DNA of 64,000 nucleotides from an uncultured Nitrosomonas sp. (GTDB lineage: Bacteria > Pseudomonadota > Gammaproteobacteria > Burkholderiales > Nitrosomonadaceae), in assembly GCF_902826915.1 (NCBI RefSeq), contig NZ_CADEGP010000001.1, positions 2,775-66,774 on the forward strand, read 5' to 3'. The stretch's first letter is position 1, and each line of letters begins with the position of its first letter. Both the position numbers and the translations under genes were made by a program. Below the pieces are notes generated by a model that saw nothing but the letters and a program-made list of their open reading frames with translations, was not told the origin of the DNA and ran no database searches. Positions 1 to 8,332 of the stretch are shown here, piece by piece.

Positions 1-410
1 TCTCCGACTTGAAATATTTTGACGGCGCGATCAGTAAAATCGACCGTATTCCAGAAAATATTCGCACCCTGTACGCGACCGCATTTGAGATGGATCCGCT
101 GTGGCTGATTGAAGCGGGCGCGCGGCGGCAGAAATGGATCGACCAGTCGCAATCGCTGAATATTTATATGGGAGGCGTGTCCGGCAAGAAATTGGATGAA
201 ACCTATAAATTGGCATGGCTGCGCGGTCTGAAAACTACCTATTATTTGCGCTCGATGGGTGCCACCGCAGCGGAGAAATCGACCGTGCGTGCAGGTTCGC
301 TGAATGCCGTGCCTGCCGATGGCGGGGTGGTTAAGGCGGCGGTGGAAGTATCCACGGTTGAAATTAAATATTGCGCGATCGATGACGAAAGCTGCGAATC
401 GTGTCAATAA
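1..410 (+). CDS. nrdA: Ribonucleotide reductase class I large subunit, C-terminal fragment (gene begins upstream of the window)
   Basis: The reading frame is open to the window edge. It carries the C-terminal GLKTTYYLRS motif and a Cys-rich tail (CAIDDESCESCQ) typical of class I RNR alpha subunits. nrdB follows 30 nt downstream. Confidence 0.85.
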   Translation, partial: SDLKYFDGAISKIDRIPENIRTLYATAFEMDPLWLIEAGARRQKWIDQSQSLNIYMGGVSGKKLDETYKLAWLRGLKTTYYLRSMGATAAEKSTVRAGSLNAVPADGGVVKAAVEVSTVEIKYCAIDDESCESCQ

Positions 411-440
411 TCTAAAAAGATCAAGAGAAAGGAGTCAATT

Positions 441-1604
441 ATGCTGACATTTGAAGACGAATCAACCAAAGCTGAAATGCCATCAATTCCAGGTTTGGAT
501 GGACCACTACAAGGACTGTTTAAGGATTCTCACACTGTGGCAGCCAGTGATGCCACGGATGAGCAAGCCATTGCCGGCAGCGCCAATCGCCGCATTGCGG
601 TGGAAGATAAGCAAATCATTAATTGCAATGCGGACGTGAATCAATTGGTGCCGTTCAAATATAAATGGGCCTGGGATAAATATCTCGGCGCCTGTGCCAA
701 TCATTGGATGCCGCAAGAAATCAGCATGAGCCGGGATATTGCGTTGTGGCGAGATCCCAACGGCCTGACCGAAGATGAGCGCCGCCTGGTCAAGCGTAAC
801 CTGGGTTTTTTTGTTACGGCCGATTCACTGGCGGCCAACAATATCGTATTGGGAACATACCGTCACATTACCAATCCCGAATGCCGCCAATATCTGCTGC
901 GCCAGGCGTTTGAAGAAGCCATCCACACCCATGCGTATCAATATATCGTTGAGTCATTGGGCCTGGATGAAGGTGAAATCTTTAACGCCTATCATGAAGT
1001 ATCTTCGATTCGCGACAAAGACGAATTTCTGATTCCATTTATTGATACGCTGACTAATCCACACTTCAAGACCGGCACCTTGGAAACGGATCAGCAGTTG
1101 CTCAGAAGCCTGATCGTGTTTGCCTGCATTATGGAAGGCTTGTTTTTTTATGTGGGCTTCACGCAGATTCTGGCGCTGGGGCGGCAAAATAAAATGACCG
1201 GATCGGCCGAGCAATATCAGTATATTTTGCGCGATGAATCGATGCATTGCAATTTCGGTATCGACGTGATCAACCAAATCAAAATGGAAAATCCACACCT
1301 ATGGACCAAAGCATTCCGCGAAGAGATTGCCGGGCTGATGCAAAAAGCCGTGGCGTTGGAATACCGTTATGCGGAAGACACGATGCCGCGTGGCGTATTG
1401 GGAATGAACGCGCCGATGTTCAAGGAGTATTTACGCTATATCGCCAATCGCCGTTGCCAGCAAATTGGTTTGGATACGCTGTATCCCAATGCCAATAACC
1501 CGTTCCCGTGGATGTCTGAAATGATGGATCTCAAAAAAGAAAAGAATTTCTTTGAAACGCGCGTGACCGAGTATCAAACGGGTGGTGCGTTGAGTTGGGA
1601 TTGA
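441..1604 (+). CDS. nrdB: Ribonucleotide reductase class I small (beta) subunit
   Basis: 387-aa ORF with an AAGGAG RBS upstream. It has ferritin-like di-iron motifs ([19 protein letters not shown]) and sits next to nrdA. Confidence 0.9.
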   Translation: MLTFEDESTKAEMPSIPGLDGPLQGLFKDSHTVAASDATDEQAIAGSANRRIAVEDKQIINCNADVNQLVPFKYKWAWDKYLGACANHWMPQEISMSRDIALWRDPNGLTEDERRLVKRNLGFFVTADSLAANNIVLGTYRHITNPECRQYLLRQAFEEAIHTHAYQYIVESLGLDEGEIFNAYHEVSSIRDKDEFLIPFIDTLTNPHFKTGTLETDQQLLRSLIVFACIMEGLFFYVGFTQILALGRQNKMTGSAEQYQYILRDESMHCNFGIDVINQIKMENPHLWTKAFREEIAGLMQKAVALEYRYAEDTMPRGVLGMNAPMFKEYLRYIANRRCQQIGLDTLYPNANNPFPWMSEMMDLKKEKNFFETRVTEYQTGGALSWD

Positions 1605-1674
1605 TGGTTGCAGCAGCCGGTGCAATCAATTTATGCGAAATTTTTTGATGTATATATTACGTTAGCCCTTTCAT

Positions 1675-2898
1675 ATGCACATCCCAAGCGCTCGCGTATA
1701 CAAGGAGATGCGATCTGAGGTCGCAAGCATCTGGTTTGTTCCGACCGTTGGGAATGGGGATGTCGCACTGCTCCTAAAAAGTACTAACGCGAGCCTAAAA
1801 GCACTGGTCGCAGGCTGCCCCATGTCCTTAATTTTTGGCACCCAGAACAACTTCTTGTGCGCTGGAGCCAGAATTCATGACATTCCAAATCATCCCCTGT
1901 TTGTTTGCGGCGTAGAACTTCACGAAGAAGATGTTCCGGCATTGAACAGAATACTCGACCTCCGCAACGTTCCAATATTTTTGTTTAACGAATTGGACGT
2001 GAACGTGGCTTGGAGCAATGTCATGTTGGCTGAAGCGGATGCGCAAAAAATAAGAGAATTTCTATCAAGCTCAAACTTCTACATTGGACCCTTCAATAAA
2101 GCTGCATCATATGCGCTGGACTGTTTTTGCTACAGCACCGATAGAACTCAGGGGGCAAATGGCGTCGCACTTATCGACTTTACAGAAGTACCTGTCACAT
2201 TTGAGAAATGGCACGCGAACCACATCTCGTTTATTGGCGTGAATGATAAACAAACGGTAAAGATCAACGACCCAAATGAAGGCGTTGTTCTTGAGCGTGC
2301 CACTTGGGCCTCTTTGGAGTCTGTGTTCCCTTTGACCCTTCACATGTCGCCGCAAATAAAGGTCGGCGAAAAAGATAGAGAACTAACGGATGTATTAGCT
2401 TTTCATGAGTACGGCTCATTTTTAATAGAAGCAAAAGACCTATCAATTCTTCAATCTAGCATTTTCAGAGAGCAAACAAGGCGAACAAAAGGCGTACAAA
2501 AGCAGACCAAAAAAGCCATTACGCAACTTGTCGGCGCCGCCAAGGCAGCAAAGAGAGGCGATTCAATAACGGATAAAGACGGAAAATCATTATCAATCAA
2601 TCTGGAGCAACCGTTTCACTGCATTGTTTTATTGTCCGAACTAATGTACGACGGCGATTGGCAAGAAGTCGAACAGCAACTCATGCAAGCGATGGTTGAT
2701 ACAGGCGATTTTTTTCATGTTCTGGATTTGCAAGAATTAATCACTATCCTGAAATGCAGCGGAGGTGACCCAAAGCTATTTGACTACAACCTAATTGATC
2801 GATGTACGCGCTTCGCTCAGTCGGGAACAGTCCTTATGCGTAGTCGTTTTGCTCCTCCTCAAGAAAATGATGACACCGGCAGCATTCCACCATCTTGA
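1675..2898 (+). CDS. Hypothetical protein with a C-terminal PD-(D/E)xK (NERD/restriction-endonuclease-like) nuclease motif and an unknown N-terminal domain
   Basis: 407-aa ORF. Residues ~236-254 read E-LTD-VLAFHEYGSFLI-E-A-K, which fits the E...D...ExK catalytic core. A basic helix and a hydrophobic strand (HCIVLLSE) follow. I recognise no homologue for residues 1-225. Confidence 0.55.
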   Translation: MHIPSARVYKEMRSEVASIWFVPTVGNGDVALLLKSTNASLKALVAGCPMSLIFGTQNNFLCAGARIHDIPNHPLFVCGVELHEEDVPALNRILDLRNVPIFLFNELDVNVAWSNVMLAEADAQKIREFLSSSNFYIGPFNKAASYALDCFCYSTDRTQGANGVALIDFTEVPVTFEKWHANHISFIGVNDKQTVKINDPNEGVVLERATWASLESVFPLTLHMSPQIKVGEKDRELTDVLAFHEYGSFLIEAKDLSILQSSIFREQTRRTKGVQKQTKKAITQLVGAAKAAKRGDSITDKDGKSLSINLEQPFHCIVLLSELMYDGDWQEVEQQLMQAMVDTGDFFHVLDLQELITILKCSGGDPKLFDYNLIDRCTRFAQSGTVLMRSRFAPPQENDDTGSIPPS

Positions 2899-3101
2899 CT
2901 CAGGGGCAAATTGGCGTTTCAACGCGGACACCAACATGGGTCATCGCTTCGCGATTCTAATGGTCGATGTTGGTGCCCTCCGCGCTTTGTGCTCCGGCAC
3001 CGATTAACTTGGGCGTTATATATATGCAATGAATGAAATGTCAAATGGGAATCCTAGTAAACTAATACTCAAATTTATCCAAATTGACGAGGTAAGTACT
3101 C

Positions 3102-4487
3102 ATGCAAACCCGTGAAGAACGCGATACGATGGGCGTGGTGCAGGTGCCTGCTGCGGCTTTGTGGGGAGCGCAAACGCAACGCTCATTGCAGAATTTCAAG
3201 ATTTCCAATGAGCGCATGCCGGTGGAGCTGATTCATGCACTGACTAGGGTCAAGCGCGCCGCCGCCAAGGTCAACCATGATCTTGGGTTGCTTAGCGCTG
3301 CCAGTGCCGCGGCGATCATCGAGGCTGCCGACGAAGTCTCTGCCGGTCATTTTGACGATCAGTTTCCGCTGGTGGTATGGCAAACCGGTTCCGGTACGCA
3401 GACCAACATGAATGTCAACGAAGTACTGGCGAACCGGGCTTCGGAAATTCTCGGCGGCGAGCGCGGTGCCAACCGGATCGTGCATCCGAATGACGATGTC
3501 AATAAAGGGCAGTCGTCCAACGATGTGTTCCCGACTGCGATGCACGTCGCCGCGGTGCAGGAAATGCAGCAGCGGCTGATTCCCGCCATGCAGCAATTGC
3601 GCGGCACGTTGGCGGCTAAGTCCGAAGCATTCGGCAGCATTGTCAAAATAGGCCGCACGCATTTACAGGACGCCACGCCGTTGACGCTGGGGCAGGAGTT
3701 TTCCGGTTACGTGGCGCAATTGGATCATGGTCTACGTCATGTCGAAGCCGCGATGGCGCATGTGTGCGAGCTGGCCTTGGGCGGCACGGCGGTCGGTACT
3801 GGTTTGAATGCGCATCCGGAGTTTGCGGTGCGCGTGGTGGCGGAATTGTCGCGTTTGACCGACTTGCCGTTTGTGACCGCACCGAACAAATTCGAGGCCT
3901 TGGCCAGCAACGATGCCTTGGTGCATGCTCATGGCGCATTAAAGACGCTGGCCGCGTCATTGATGAAAATCGCCAATGATATCCGCTGGCTGGCTTCTGG
4001 GCCACGCTGTGGCATCGGCGAATTGCGCATTCCTGAAAACGAACCGGGCAGTTCCATCATGCCGGGAAAAGTCAACCCGACGCAATCGGAAGCCATGACC
4101 ATGGTGTGTTGCCAGGTGATGGGGAATGATGTCGCAGTCAACATGGGCGGTGCGTTGGGAAATTTTGAGTTGAATGTGATGAAACCGCTGATCATCCATA
4201 ATTTCCTGCAAAGTGTGCGCTTGCTGGCGGATGCCATGGTCAGTTTCAACGATCATTGCGCGGCGGGTATCGAAGCCAATCGGGAACGCATCGATATGCT
4301 GATGCATAACTCGTTGATGTTGGTGACCGCGCTGAATCCGCATATCGGCTACGACAAGGCCGCTGAAATTGCTAAAAAAGCACATCGTGAAGGCACTACC
4401 CTGAAGGCTGCGGCGATTGCGACTGGCTATGTGACGGCGGAACAGTTCGATGCCTGGGTGGTGCCGGAAACCATGACCGGAAAATAA
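3102..4487 (+). CDS. fumC: Fumarate hydratase, class II
   Basis: 461 aa with the [11 protein letters not shown] signature. The sequence looks like the aspartase/fumarase family along its whole length. Confidence 0.95.
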   Translation: MQTREERDTMGVVQVPAAALWGAQTQRSLQNFKISNERMPVELIHALTRVKRAAAKVNHDLGLLSAASAAAIIEAADEVSAGHFDDQFPLVVWQTGSGTQTNMNVNEVLANRASEILGGERGANRIVHPNDDVNKGQSSNDVFPTAMHVAAVQEMQQRLIPAMQQLRGTLAAKSEAFGSIVKIGRTHLQDATPLTLGQEFSGYVAQLDHGLRHVEAAMAHVCELALGGTAVGTGLNAHPEFAVRVVAELSRLTDLPFVTAPNKFEALASNDALVHAHGALKTLAASLMKIANDIRWLASGPRCGIGELRIPENEPGSSIMPGKVNPTQSEAMTMVCCQVMGNDVAVNMGGALGNFELNVMKPLIIHNFLQSVRLLADAMVSFNDHCAAGIEANRERIDMLMHNSLMLVTALNPHIGYDKAAEIAKKAHREGTTLKAAAIATGYVTAEQFDAWVVPETMTGK

Positions 4488-4521
4488 ACACGCTGCATTT
4501 ATCGACTCATCTGCTTTTGCT

Positions 4522-5823
4522 ATGGCATTAACCCCCCATCATTTCGATCCGGCCACGCGGCGTGAGCGTTTTGCCTGGTGCATGTACGATTTCGCCAACT
4601 CCGGCTATACCACGGTTATTCTGACCGCTATTTTCAATGCCTATTTTGTCGGCGTGATCGCTGCCGAGCATGGCAGTGGCGACGCGACGCTGCTGTGGTC
4701 ACTCACCATGGCGGCCGCCAACGTACTGGTATTGCTGAGCGCGCCAATTGTAGGGGCGATCGCGGATTGTTCCGGCGCCAAGAAACGATTCCTGACGGTA
4801 ACCACGATCGGTTGCGTGGTGTTTACTGCGCTTTTGTATTTTGCTGGCCCCGGCGATATCGCTTTAGCCGTGATACTAGTGATCCTGGCGACGTTCATGT
4901 TTGCCAGTGGCGAAAATCTGATCGCGGCATTTTTGCCGGAAATCAGTACGCCGCAAACGATGGGACGGCTTTCCGGCTATGGCTGGGCGCTGGGCTATTT
5001 CGGTGGTTTGCTGACGCTGGCGCTGTGTTTGGCCTATGTCACGTATGCGGAAAAGCAAGGACTGGAAGCCGCACACTATGTTCCGGTCACCAACTTAATT
5101 GTCGCACTATTATTTGGCATTGCGGCATTGCCCACTTTGCTTTGGTTGCGCGAGCGGGTGGACGTATCCGAATCTGTTGATAGCAGGCACATCATTCGCG
5201 CAGGATTTAGTCGTTTAGGCGACACCTTGCGTCAGGCCCGGCTACATATCGATTTATTCCGTTTTTTGTTGTCATTGACGGTTTATTATGCCGGCATCTA
5301 CATCGTGATCGTGCTGGCGGCGGTGTATGCGCAAGAAGTGATGGGATTCAAGACGCAAGACACCATCGTGCTGATTATGGTGGTTAATGTCACGGCTGCC
5401 ATCGGTGCTTTTTTGTTCGGTCACCTGCAAGATCGCATCGGCTCAAGCCGCTGCATTGCCATCACATTGCTGATCTGGATTGCAGCGATTGTCTGCGCTT
5501 ATCTTGCCACCGATGAATGGTTATTCTGGGTCGCGGCCAATTTGATCGGTACCGCACTCGGTGGAGCGCAATCGGCAGGACGGGCCTTAGTGGGTCAATT
5601 CACACCAATTGGACGGCAAGGGGAGTTTTTCGGGCTGTGGGGCTTGGCCACGAAACTATCAGCGATCATCGGTCCGCTGACGTATGGCGGCATGGTCTAC
5701 CTATTTGCGGGCGATCAACGCATCGCGTTACTCAGTACCTTGGTGTTCTTTGTTGTGGGTTTATTGCTACTGGCAACGGTGGATGAGTCAAGAGGGCGTA
5801 AATTAGCAGGAATAAGATATTAA
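4522..5823 (+). CDS. MFS transporter, UMF1/Atg22-like family
   Basis: 433 aa with about 12 hydrophobic segments. The N-terminal FAWCMYDFANSGYTTVI motif is typical of UMF1-family MFS proteins. Confidence 0.75.
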   Translation: MALTPHHFDPATRRERFAWCMYDFANSGYTTVILTAIFNAYFVGVIAAEHGSGDATLLWSLTMAAANVLVLLSAPIVGAIADCSGAKKRFLTVTTIGCVVFTALLYFAGPGDIALAVILVILATFMFASGENLIAAFLPEISTPQTMGRLSGYGWALGYFGGLLTLALCLAYVTYAEKQGLEAAHYVPVTNLIVALLFGIAALPTLLWLRERVDVSESVDSRHIIRAGFSRLGDTLRQARLHIDLFRFLLSLTVYYAGIYIVIVLAAVYAQEVMGFKTQDTIVLIMVVNVTAAIGAFLFGHLQDRIGSSRCIAITLLIWIAAIVCAYLATDEWLFWVAANLIGTALGGAQSAGRALVGQFTPIGRQGEFFGLWGLATKLSAIIGPLTYGGMVYLFAGDQRIALLSTLVFFVVGLLLLATVDESRGRKLAGIRY

Positions 5824-5829
5824 CTAACA

Positions 5830-5878
5830 GGCTGTTGAAAAACTATCTGCATTGCCGGAAAGTTTACCTGCTGTTAAC
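5830..5878. repeat. Short copy of a dispersed MITE-like repeat (GGCYGYTKAAAAACTATCTG...GTTT..TTAAC)
   Basis: GGCTGTTGAAAAACTATCTGCATTGCC here matches GGCCGCTTAAAAACTATCTGTACCGCC at 27837. The right part, GAAAGTTTACC..TTAAC, resembles the right end of the 27837..27972 element. Confidence 0.4.
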
Positions 5879-5975
5879 TAAGAATTGACCAGCTCTGCTA
5901 ATTCACAGTTTGGATGAAATCAAATGCAACAGAGCCAATTAAATCATTACAGAGTCAAGCTGCTTCACTTTATGC

Positions 5976-5995
5976 TGCGGCAATTTGTCGCATTG
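5976..5995 (+). repeat. Copy E of the 20-nt near-palindromic intergenic motif (TGCGGCAATTTGTCGCATTG)
   Basis: Read directly from the sequence. It matches five other copies in the window. It lies 424 nt upstream of the 6419 CDS in the same orientation. Confidence 0.9.
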
Positions 5996-6327
5996 AAAAA
6001 GGATGTAGTCTGGTAAAACCAGAAACCTTTGGCTTGAGGTATGCTGATGATCAAGGAGTCCAAACCCAACACTAGCCCGCTAACGCAAAGGCGATTAAAC
6101 ATAACAGGGTATTAAACTTTCAACTGACTGAATTCCAACATTCAAATGAACGTGCATAAGTCTTTTTGCGGACAAAACCGCTGTCCGTTCCGGTTTCTGT
6201 CATCAGGTGTAAATTACGCTTGTGATAAATGGTTTCTTGAAGCAGAATCATTTCCAGTCTCGAGTAGAACTTATTACTGAATATCAATCAAAGTATTGTC
6301 AATGCGTCATCATGGACGATGCGAGAA

Positions 6328-6341
6328 TCTCAATATTGAGA
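6328..6341. promoter_or_regulatory. Perfect 14-bp palindrome TCTCAATATTGAGA upstream of the first SLC13 permease (candidate operator)
   Basis: Read directly. It lies 78 nt upstream of the ATG at 6419. It is flanked by a longer imperfect inverted repeat (CGAGAATCT at 6322, AGATTCTCG at about 6385). Confidence 0.3.
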
Positions 6342-6418
6342 ATTTATTCTGTCTATTAACTGCCTGTTTGTAATAAGCAAGCAGATTCTCGACTAAACAA
6401 TTTATTGAAAGAAACAAA

Positions 6419-8296
6419 ATGACCACTAATCAAACCATAATTCTTATTATTCTAGTGTTCACAATGGCGATGTTCTTATGGGGGCGTTGGCGTCACGATA
6501 TGGTTGCAGTGGCCTCGTTGCTTGCTTGTGTGCTTACCGGATTGATTGCGGCGGCTGATGCTTTTGCTGGTTTCGGCCACCCAGCGGTGATCAGTGTGGC
6601 TTGTATTCTGATACTGAGCCGGAGTTTGCAAACCTCGGGGGCGGTCAATGTGCTAGTCCGCCATACTTTGCCGAAAAATGCTGGTCCGACGTTGAATTTG
6701 GTGGCTCTGGTTGGATTGGGCGCAGCACTTTCCGGCTTCATGAATAATGTTGGAGCAATGGCGCTTTTGATGCCGGTGGCGATTCAGTTGGCTGAGCGTC
6801 TTGAACTGCCTCCCGGACGAATATTAATGCCATTGGCTTTTGGTACCATTCTCGGCGGCATGACGACTATGATTGGAACACCACCCAACTTGATTGTTTC
6901 AGGCTTTCGTGCCCAGAGTGGCGCTGGCAGCTTTGGTATGTTTGATTTTACGCCTGTTGGTTTGGCTGTTGCCTTGAGTGGAGTAGTTTTTATAGCAGTT
7001 GTCGGCTGGCGACTGGTTCCCATGCGTAAACAAACTGGCATGGAAGGTTTTGAGACAGGTGCTTACATCACTGAAGTGCGTGTGTCGACCGATAGTAAAG
7101 CTGCCGGGATGGTCATGCACGAGCTTGAAACTATACTTGATGGACATGCCGCACAAGTCGTAGGTTTAGTGCGAAATGAAGCACATTTCACTGCGCTTCG
7201 AGCTGGGTTCAAGATATTGACTAATGATATCCTGATAATTGAAGCTGAAGCTGAGGTTCTGGCGCACATTCTATCGGATCTTGGGCTAAGTCTGGAGGAA
7301 GCGGATACTCAACACAACGATAGTGAAAAGGATCAAAGTGAGGCGGATCATACTCCGCGGCATGATGACATTAAAGTGAGTGACAAAAAGGCTGATGCTT
7401 TAGAATCAGATGAAGCAGAAGAAGAATCTTCGCAAAGTGATGAGATCATTTTGATGGAGTTTGTGGTTCGCCCGGAATCAACGATCTCAGGTCGATCGGC
7501 TGCGGACATGCGGCTACGCACCCGCTATGGGCTCAATCTACTGGCAGTATCACGCGAAGGTTCACGTGCTAAGACGCGGTTGAGAACGCTGAAAATTCAA
7601 CCTGGCGACTTGTTGTTGCTTCAGGGTACCGCAGAAGTATTAGCTGAGTTTGCAGCTGATTTCGGTTGTGTGCCATTAGCCAGTCGCGAGCTACATATTC
7701 CGGATAAGCGCAAAGCACTAATTGCCGGCGGTATCATGGCTGCCGCAGTCGGTGGCGCAGCTTTTGGTTTGTTGCCGGCAGCCATTTCATTTGCTCTCGG
7801 CGTGTTGGGCGTAATGGTTTTTCACATCATCGCGCCCCGAGCGGTTTATGACGCAATTGATTGGCCGGTAATCGTCTTGCTCGGAGCACTTATTCCCGTG
7901 GCCGGCGTATTAGAATCTACCGGAATGGCAGATCTGGTGGCACGATTCATGATCGACAATATTGTGCAAGGTCATGCCATTATGGGACTTGCACTCATTC
8001 TGATTATTACCATGTTTCTATCCGATTTAATGAATAATGCAGCCACTGCAGCCGTGATGTGTCCAATCGCTATTGGTACCGCGACTGCGCTTGGAGTGAA
8101 TGCCGACTCTTTTCTAATGGCGGTGGCGATCGGTGCTTCTTGTGCTTTCCTGACACCAATTGGGCATCAGAATAATACCCTCATACTGGGCCCTGGTGGT
8201 TTTCGCTTTGGTGACTACTGGCAACTTGGATTGCCGCTCGAGATATTAGTAATCGTTGTCAGTATTCCGCTGCTATTGATCTTTTGGCCACTCTAA
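6419..8296 (+). CDS. SLC13/DASS-type anion permease with two internal TrkA-C (RCK-C) domains and an acidic linker
   Basis: 625 aa. Multi-TM halves flank a soluble middle region with two TrkA-C-like repeats, separated by a D/E/S-rich stretch (EEADTQHNDSEKDQSEADH...EAEEESSQSDE). It is paralogous to 8333..10678 and 35896..37671. Confidence 0.8.
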   Translation: MTTNQTIILIILVFTMAMFLWGRWRHDMVAVASLLACVLTGLIAAADAFAGFGHPAVISVACILILSRSLQTSGAVNVLVRHTLPKNAGPTLNLVALVGLGAALSGFMNNVGAMALLMPVAIQLAERLELPPGRILMPLAFGTILGGMTTMIGTPPNLIVSGFRAQSGAGSFGMFDFTPVGLAVALSGVVFIAVVGWRLVPMRKQTGMEGFETGAYITEVRVSTDSKAAGMVMHELETILDGHAAQVVGLVRNEAHFTALRAGFKILTNDILIIEAEAEVLAHILSDLGLSLEEADTQHNDSEKDQSEADHTPRHDDIKVSDKKADALESDEAEEESSQSDEIILMEFVVRPESTISGRSAADMRLRTRYGLNLLAVSREGSRAKTRLRTLKIQPGDLLLLQGTAEVLAEFAADFGCVPLASRELHIPDKRKALIAGGIMAAAVGGAAFGLLPAAISFALGVLGVMVFHIIAPRAVYDAIDWPVIVLLGALIPVAGVLESTGMADLVARFMIDNIVQGHAIMGLALILIITMFLSDLMNNAATAAVMCPIAIGTATALGVNADSFLMAVAIGASCAFLTPIGHQNNTLILGPGGFRFGDYWQLGLPLEILVIVVSIPLLLIFWPL

Positions 8297-8332
8297 CTGA
8301 CAACGTTAAATAAAACCGGAGGCTGAGCGAGA

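Noticed and set aside
3183-4385. Multiple long antisense or alternative-frame ORFs inside fumC (for example 3183..3662 -, 3643..4005 -, 3957..4385 -). Similar ORFs occur inside other GC-richer genes (4578..5180 +, 9913..10317 -, 58816..59403 -).
   Set aside because: They lie entirely within well-supported conserved genes. They have Arg/Pro/His-rich compositions typical of off-frame translation and no RBS or recognisable motif.
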